Assembly: GCF_964204645.1 (NCBI RefSeq)
Contig: NC_134031.1
Location: 4,030,001-4,094,000 of the forward strand
DNA: 64,000 nucleotides
Source: Tubulanus polymorphus
Taxonomy: Eukaryota > Animalia > Nemertea
Reading direction: 5' to 3'
Below are positions 57,901-64,000 of the stretch, piece after piece. The notes beneath the pieces were generated by a model. It saw nothing but the letters and a program-made list of their open reading frames with translations. It was not told where the DNA came from and ran no database searches. Within the stretch, counting starts at the first letter, position 1. Each line of letters starts with the position of its first letter. The position numbers were made by a program, and so were the translations under genes.

Positions 57901-59142
57901 GGAAATATCAGCGCGGAGATCGAACGCAAGTTCAAAATGAACGGCGCCGAGCAATCGACCGTCGGAACCGCTGAAGTGAAATGTGGGCGAAAAAGTCGCA
58001 AAGGTATCCCGAAAAGACACGTAGCCGAGGAGATCGAAGATGTTACAACTTGTGCAGAATTAGACGAAGATATCGACAATAACGAAGACGATAGTTTCGC
58101 GATTGATTTTTCCGAAAAAGAATCGCATGCCGGTTACGACGAACCGGACGGTCTCGTGATGGTCGAACCACCGAAGTTGGTCAGACAGTCGCCGCTGTGT
58201 TTCGATGCTTTGCCTCCGTTGGAAAAAATGGACATCGACGAAAATCACAATTCGCCTCATAAAGTTCCGCTTCAGATGCCCGTACTTCAGCGAATGGTTC
58301 TGCCGCAACTTTCGCTGCAAGAATGCGATGCGACGACGAAAAATGAAAAAAATAACATGTCTCTACTGAGTAAGCTGCCGTTCGCGACGAGCGATCTGGA
58401 GAATAAGTCGCCCGGTCGGCCGGCGGCGGCTTCGACGACCGCGGGACAAGACGTTCCTAAACCGAACTCGGAAGGCTTATACCAGTGTACGTATTGCGAT
58501 AAGACGTTCAGGTGGCCATGTTTGCTGACGCGCCACGTGCGAAAACACACCGGCGAGAAACCGTTCCCGTGCACGATCTGCAGCAAAACGTTCCTGCAGT
58601 CGTCCGACCTGAAGCGTCACATGTACACGCACAGCGGCAACAAACCGTTCAAGTGCAACGTCTGCAACATGGAGTTCGTGCAGCGCGCGAAACTGTTGTC
58701 GCATCTGAAAAAACACGGCCAGACGGACGAGAACTCGCAGATGATCGCGAATCTAATGAACACGACACTGAACGGTCGGCTGCAGTGCAAGTTCTGCAAG
58801 AAGAAATTCCGCAACGAGATGACGCTCTCCGAACACATGGCCGATCATAAGCTCTACAAGTGTCAGCACTGCAACATGACGTATTTGAGTCTGCATGATT
58901 TGCAACAGCACGAGAATTCGAGTCACGCGAATAGCAAGGCGTTACTCGTCGAAACGCCGCCGATACTGGACGTGTTGCGATCGCGGTACCCGCAGTCGAC
59001 GACGAATACGGCCGTGTTTCCGGGACCGATGGTGCCGTCTGTAGATGAAAACAGCGATGTTTCGTATTTGTGCAGTAACTGCGATAGATTCTTCGACGAT
59101 AAAGTCGCGTATGACATTCACGTGATGAAATGCGAAGCCTGA
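51979..59142 (+). CDS. Large multi-cluster C2H2 zinc-finger protein (~2387 aa, roughly 40 fingers), single coding exon
   Basis: Uninterrupted 7.2-kb ORF after acceptor ttttag|51967; first ATG in GCCATG context at 51979; HTGEKP-type linkers; PLDLS motif; basic RKKRKGIPRR/RKSRKGIPKR motifs. Confidence 0.95.
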   Translation: MSNITKSKLHPNMDHFKLNNLPTNSQHQHSTTKLESCDICGLTFHNFSLLKHHLRSHERPHRCVDCYQTFRLLWQLKAHEKIHKVHRERRLPFSTRAAVIGMNKRLRLNESGDNKTNATTDSEYGSDLRHKSRSNSIDSDAESSSCDSLISALPDKENDPSSASCDNIASTKHHHNLQQKFSRRKICKKTFIGKLSLQQHLRNKTTLNFTGGKKQLSPEYHSSLRCDLCNKSFKFVAQMKRHLTSVHCSKSATSPSCKCKHCSAVFSSLNDLKAHLVNHRAEFSRTYPCKHCKKVFGQLSALTEHLKSHAYKPHVNNENPIQTHSSITDFHCNICPIAFTKLDLYRAHADTEHSRSHPVQCSTCHDRFHADCELKIHSAQHCVQLSPEEMILPREYAAPVKCNVCEETFKTKGFDSLFRLHMDQAHRETHPHYCATCFARFETKVEYKLHKKVHRSTRAVVDKQLWYIPGSSCNLCLKWNFSYRGSKGHYNEHMEKYHDDCRFKCEVCEDRFDKQSDLDEHMVDHNDDDDDDDISSDDEFDYPRRRFHCNVCNTYFLFGRMSYKFHSDRFHSGTHPFRCDVCYDRFENELLLKIHSQTHGVVLAEKEKSVPRVYAVPEFKCTICDHKFGEKGFDSEYRFHMDQLHVYSHPFRCEMCAERFKTSSELWWHEKYHVGKEPVYDPLLTHVLEYECNVCRKPGFIYRGPGSQYRKHQDETHEKTHPHQCDICFDSFESERDLKCHEFDTLHLRPFRCSLCPTWGFVSWGPDSPYKKHQDEFHASYAHQCERCHDRFEYQYELYEHIRDGHPDLRKRIVKSYWAALEEEKRKQPANATRTDASLAKAENRSASNNGNNSDPVADLQNKENFKPTRNESGSAFDEVDGEILSTGNVIKTNSLVESSGDRRKKRKGIPRRMDDCSLKTPTTANEIETDNLQTKTKKLLGGKEVTDEYADGIAETGQGLLDFIGNLVIDINAEKAMSTDDSVSSIEGLTQKLNQNNSTNGDPNNAIYTCNQCGRVFTRKASYSRHLKFHSGVRPYSCHFCERRFIQSSDLKRHIHTHTGEKTHLCVRCGDKFLHLTQLHRHRKKCTGELNLPLEPKAPRSLPMRNVFPESSASMGLAYIQSMMLKQKNLLPAPNLTSLPVIGVATPMRPMKLEMNNLPVFPGAEMMMSPVSPMSENGEASKSKHTPGEYTDDSDVSNMSAEIKKENTTRENESISSAIDVDQVDGLMMMESPNSMNSTKTENLSPQLNYASPPTTTMAATKAMSKNTCKICGRVFNCQNNLARHIRAHTGEKPHGCKYCGKRFIQSSDLKRHVGIHTGQMPFKCEICQQQFVHKHRYLQHMERHGIDADNVAAFSASPKLQENGDDSFGTASGAKDLIRMSILKKIVHRPDGTEISEATAKMAASSLDISSSDENVCATKENDVRRGKSFDGNDVVKDEVSKPDTEPEQGDGKKQTFECQYCGKNFKFHALLARHIPKHTGERAFKCSICNKGFIQTSDLKRHMLRHNGYTPHMCKLCFKEFVFEDRMFDHYRTAHKMAKNWIEEQMLKQKNHMYNNENIPEAASVGKKTMKLDVAAMPANKNPFPLSDKMNINYNGPVLPLTSRPDDWKFLSAQNPMVFNPNLVSYPTIAAQLRVSQMNNNGLNQDCPLDLSVNSLKMPKMKEIKNIQPLQPSMKENNALHIGKVKKGIESLGKKFKCDICGREFPLLTSLRRHMMSHSGERQVFCHLCGQGFLQVADLSKHMTTHLTQPLNIRCKECNAEFLTEQRLLQHIQIVHRPYQTQLQDLARDDNAIKKSFFTDDAGGRDMVDGAPAMQMNNGNKAMFNFQKTSTPFKLEMKSNLMSPTSSDESPVNEDESLMKDGGKPKKAPYKRPRGIYPCDYCGRVFPYKAALVRHVRVHTGERPFKCHECGHGFIQSSDLKRHLSKHADKNLKCMFCPLLCTTREDLETHAKLEHGFTLSPVDLNAEKMSPGNISAEIERKFKMNGAEQSTVGTAEVKCGRKSRKGIPKRHVAEEIEDVTTCAELDEDIDNNEDDSFAIDFSEKESHAGYDEPDGLVMVEPPKLVRQSPLCFDALPPLEKMDIDENHNSPHKVPLQMPVLQRMVLPQLSLQECDATTKNEKNNMSLLSKLPFATSDLENKSPGRPAAASTTAGQDVPKPNSEGLYQCTYCDKTFRWPCLLTRHVRKHTGEKPFPCTICSKTFLQSSDLKRHMYTHSGNKPFKCNVCNMEFVQRAKLLSHLKKHGQTDENSQMIANLMNTTLNGRLQCKFCKKKFRNEMTLSEHMADHKLYKCQHCNMTYLSLHDLQQHENSSHANSKALLVETPPILDVLRSRYPQSTTNTAVFPGPMVPSVDENSDVSYLCSNCDRFFDDKVAYDIHVMKCEA

Positions 59143-62100
59143 GAGATTCTCGATTAGTTACGAAGTTGACCGCCCTTTAGTACTCGCGGTGGCTAATTTA
59201 TTCAATTTTCTCATCTAGGTTTCTCAAAGTATTAAAAAGATGATCTAGGTTGCGAAAATGACAATTCCCATTTAATAGTTAAAATTCATACTCGACGTAC
59301 TACTACTGACTAACACTCAACGCCTGTGCCCTCGAAACTATGCATATGGTTCATGAGATTCCTTATCAGTTGAGGTTCTTTTCTAGATTTGATTTCATAA
59401 GATTCCGAGAAAATCAAATACCCGTAAAGGATATAACCGGGGCTTTTACGAGTTGTGGAAAGTCTTGGAAAGTTTTGGAAAATGGGAATTTTTTCCAGGC
59501 CCTTTCAGATAAGCTAATGAGTGAAATAATAATGAAAATATAGTTTTTTGCTTTATGGCCATGGAAAATCAGAGAATGGTCTCAAAATCAAATTTTCCAT
59601 CAATATTGTCCTATATTGTATAACATAGGGGTTTGGAAAATTTATAATTCCGTAATAGAAAAGTCATGTCAGTGTGTGTCTCGGTTACATCAAAATTATT
59701 TGAGATTTGAGTCATTTTTTTCTTTGTTTTGAAATTCGATCCGAAATCCGGGATAATCAGCTTTTAAAACACGGAACATTTGATTAACACCTGGAAATTT
59801 ATATCGGTAGTATATATTTGTTCTTGTGGGAACGGCAGCGGTTAGAAGTGCGCAACACGTGGTCGGCGATGAATTCGGTTTTCCATACTGCGCACAAAAG
59901 ACCTGATAGAATCACGCTAGCAATGCGTGGTTGTGGTACAGGTATATTGCAGTGTGGCCCGGTGGTGACAATATGAGTAATGCGGCGTCCTAAAATATTC
60001 CGCTTGTGTCTCAAATCTGAAAGACACCCGCAGATAATAAAAGCCCTTTCCTGCGTGGCAATTGTTCGATATAGGTCAGCTTTTCATGCGCGTAGCTGCA
60101 TCTTTGAATAGCTGCCATTTTGGGGGATGACTTACTGATGCAGCGCGCCATTGTTAGCAACAGGCAACTAAAGTAATATAAAGTGCACGCACATATACGC
60201 GCACACAAGTTTCCACAACATAAAAGAGTTCGAGAACAATTCGATATCATTCAAACTGGGTTATTTGGAATTAGATTTTTGCCCTATCACAGTGCCTTAG
60301 GTGTGTAAACATCCTTCACAAGTTTCAATAACAACCCACTCAGATCCACTGATAGCTGACATCACCCAATATTTGATGATCAAACGTTGATAATAGATTC
60401 GCTAGTTGCTCGGTTGAGTTTTTGAGTAGGAAGATGTCGACTATAGTCTATAATGAGGGCTTGCTAATTTTAGCATAACTTCTCAGTGTAAAGTTCACTG
60501 CATCGTCTCCCAAACAAAAGACGCCGAAATACTAATGATTCTATAGACATCTGTACAATAGAGGGCCCTGTCGTTATATCCCATTGAAAACGCCCAGAAC
60601 AATGACGCATCCAACTCATTTACCAGGAAGTTATTTCATCATCTTTTATCTTCCTATTCTATGGAACTCTGCAATTTTCTCCCTGTTTGAACCTAGCAGC
60701 TAGGTTATTTCGATTCCGGCTTTGTTGAACAAAGACATCGATCTATTCCAAGTACACGAATTTTCAAACTTTCTCCGACCTATAGTTATTTCCATGAGAT
60801 CATTCTCAACTTCGAATCTAGTAGTTCTTCTTCAGCTTTCAGAATCTCGGAAATTTTCCTTTTTAAACTTGACTGAAAAAATACGTAGCATTTACCGATT
60901 ATGATAACCAATGGACAGATGTTAAGGTGCTTAATTTGAGCATATACTCAAGGTTATCCAAATTCTCAAGTGAGATTAAAGGGAATTATTTAGATTGTTT
61001 GAGATAAGGCTGGATTTATGGCTTAGATTCAGATTTAAGAACTGATAACGTTAATCCATTTCCATGGTTAATCCTACTCACGGGATCATGGTTGAACAAC
61101 TATTTATATGAACTGCCAAACTGTATTTACAATTTTGAGACTTTTTTTCGAACAATGTATTTTATATTCGAAACATTCCATGCCGAACTTTTTTACTTAT
61201 TGTTATAATGGTGATTTACATTACTGATTTGTTGATGATTTATTATAATTAATTAATGCCAATTAGTTAATGAATCCCGCAAGAGTGTACCAGTACACCC
61301 TGTGCTAGAATTCTAATTAATTACCTGGCCTTGATTACCTCTTACCGAGGTAAAATAAAGGTCAAGGTTTATTATCGTATGGATAAAATCTTGTAACATA
61401 CTTTAAAAAACATTCCAATGAAGCGATTTTTTTTTTTCGTGTAAATTTTAGTCAAATTTTTCCAAGCGTTACGGACTGAATAGTTTCGTATTGCATTTAT
61501 TTGTAAATAAATTCGAACACGATTTAGTGTTGAAAAGCATTTGTGTAAGTATAAATCTGTATAAATTCGTATTCGTACTTTTACTTTACATCAAAACCCG
61601 TGCATTTAGAAAAGCATTCATTTGTGATTTTTGTGTATGACTAGCAGTTAATGGCTTCAAACATATCAGCATTTCTTCGATGATAGATCGACTCGTTATT
61701 CTTTTTTTTATACACATTATATACTTATATTCTCATTACATTCCAAACTGCGAAAACGGTCATTTATTGAGTATCGAACGATGACATTTTTCGTTTTTAT
61801 GTCTCGTAAATCGAGCTTAAGAAATATATAATCAAATGTATAAGTTGATTTTTCACGTAGGGAGCATTTTTCCATGTTTTCGCATTTGTTAATTTGTTGT
61901 TCATTTAGATGAAAAATGACGATTTCAAAAAAAAGAAAATCGCCTTACGTACCAGAGTATTGCATTTAAAAAAAAAACGCATTTATTTTGCATCAGAAAA
62001 ATTGACGATACTCAAAATAAACGCCGTTTGGACTGTTAATCTTTGTATTGTATCCATTTCTTTGATATATATTGTTTAGTAGTATAAGTTACCTACCAGA

Positions 62101-62364
62101 AAGACTGCATTTCATAACATAGAATTTTCTCCGTTTCTGCTGATGGAAACTTGTTGAATTTTCTATGTTTGTACATAGGAACCATTATACCCACCTATAG
62201 TTGATCTAGATTTCAATGTAATCACGTATAAATATATCTATTTTTTATATCTTTAAACCTTTATGATAGAATATGATTGAACGAAGAATGTTGATGAATA
62301 TAAAATTAATGAACAGATTAGTGTGTATCAAATTTTGATCTCTATTCTTGAACAATTTGAATAA

Positions 62365-62462
62365 GGGGCTGTCCATAAAAGACGTACAAACAAAATTGCA
62401 AAATTAGCAAAGTTCAAAACCACTCCTCCCCCTCGACCTTGGACGTCTTTTTGGACAGCCCC
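62365..62462. mobile_element. PIF/Harbinger-type MITE
   Basis: TAA|GGGGCTGTCCATAAAAGACGT...ACGTCTTTTTGGACAGCCCC|TAA. Confidence 0.85.
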
Positions 62463-64000
62463 TAACATATCCTTCAAATTGGTTGTTCAAGAAAAAAATG
62501 TATATAACAATTTGTCTTCCGCTCGAAAAGTATATTTTACATTGTATGAAAAATGTATTTGTTCACGTTCATGAATGCTTGAAAGTTATATTAGATAATG
62601 TGTACACGATATTGTTATAGGAACTGTGATGTTAACAATTCAATCAAAGCGAATATTTTGTGAAACGGCGAAAAAAAAATTGTGTAAAGAATTGTGTAAA
62701 AATTCTTATGCATATCATGTGTTATTTTTTACGATATGATATTGTAAATTTTGTAGAAAGAAAATGGTCGGTATTTCGTTGTAGTTGTTTTTGCTTCGCG
62801 CTTTAAACCAACGTGATCATTTCATGATTGACATCAGTAGAAAAAGCAATGGAAATTTTTTAATGAAAATTTATATATATATATTAAATGGTTTCGGGAA
62901 TATTATACATTTATTCTGAAATTGAAAATAAAACAAAATATTTTGTTAAAACGTAATTTTATGAAGACTTATTTAAATGATTTTTACCGGCGGATTTTTC
63001 TCTGTATCGTTGGAATCATTCATTTTCATTGACAATTGAGGATATGGACGAGGACCAGTTCCACAGTAGTAAGTTTCAGATCCAACTTAATAAACAAGAG
63101 TTAGTAACATTTCGTTGTGATTTTCAATCGTTTAGTTGAAATCAAATCAGTCATTCTTTAAAAATGGTTTTCAGTGGAAAACAAAATTCGGATTTTATAA
63201 TAAATTCTAACATTTTGATATTTTAACTTTTCGGCTTTCTCATTGTGGGGACTTTGATTTGTTATTCATTCGCGACACGTTGGGAAGTTCCACCTTATCT
63301 GTCAAATCTAACTTCCAACTGTGGAATGGAACTGGCTCCAGACATTTTACCCGTACAGATAGTGTCATAGAGTCTTCCCGATGAACATAGGGCTCATAGA
63401 ACGAGGATCCACTCCTAGAATGAAGAGAGGCTTCCAGATTTTGATGAAAGCCTGGTTTTCTGCAGATGAACAATTGAGGACCAAGCCTTTTCTATTGTTA
63501 ACTCAATGGAAGTATTCAGGCGGTTTGCTGTCTACGATGAAGTAGGACACAAACTGTTGATTCAGCATTACCCATTGTTTCCTGAATCTCAGTTTCCCAT
63601 TGGGAGTTTCAAATGAAATTCTTATATGACAGGGTTTCATCAAGTGGTTGCTGATATATGACCGCATCTGTATTTGCTGTTCAAACAAATATATAAAAAG
63701 CAATTTAAGCATACCAGCGAGCTGCACCTATCTACATTTTTCTGAAATTATAATGTATGTTTGTTTGATTTGAAGAAAGTGAGTTTAACCATGGACTTTA
63801 AAACGATTCCTTATAAAGTCCATATGGTTTAACTACCATTGTCATATACTTAAAGGTCCTATGTGATTTTTGCTGTAAAGAATAATCATGTTCAAAAGAA
63901 AGAAATACTTTTAATACAATTGTTTACAGTGGTATAACTTGTTTTTCACAAAACGCCAGGTTTTATTACTCGGTTCTCAAATTTGAATGAATCAACCGAA

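Noticed and set aside
52294-59117. Numerous overlapping ORFs within the zinc-finger gene
   Set aside because: Expected by-products of a long GC-richer coding exon; no independent signals.
63240-63745. Minus-strand ORF fragments (77 and 74 aa) with splice-like signals
   Set aside because: Possibly the decayed or terminal part of a neighbouring gene, but the frames contain stops and no family is recognisable.

Overview
AT-rich, intron-containing invertebrate animal DNA (eukaryotic; the species cannot be determined from sequence alone). Left to right: (1) GPCPD1/GDE5 glycerophosphocholine phosphodiesterase (+, 5' end outside the window, stop at 13931), with a duplicated, apparently mutually exclusive exon. 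(2) A cluster of four intact genes plus one truncated remnant encoding secreted proteins: signal peptide, dermatopontin/hemagglutinin-amebocyte-aggregation-factor (DPT/HAAF) domain, then a Ser/Thr-rich domain with the pattern of an aerolysin/ETX-MTX2 beta-pore-forming domain. One short form (398 aa, - strand) sits head-to-head with three long forms (986, 986 and 1000 aa, + strand) that add six WSC domains. (3) Two LITAF-domain genes starting 466 bp after the last stop of that cluster. (4) A ~2390-aa C2H2 zinc-finger protein encoded in one exon. Interspersed are a decayed Penelope-like retroelement, two foldback elements carrying minimal hammerhead ribozymes, a tRNA-derived SINE and many MITEs. 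The best candidate for an undescribed system is the DPT-pore-forming-WSC family together with the adjacent LITAF genes (a possible toxin plus self-protection cluster). All exon structures were derived by hand from splice signals and reading-frame continuity. The pore-forming assignment rests on sequence pattern only and has not been tested by HMM or structure search.
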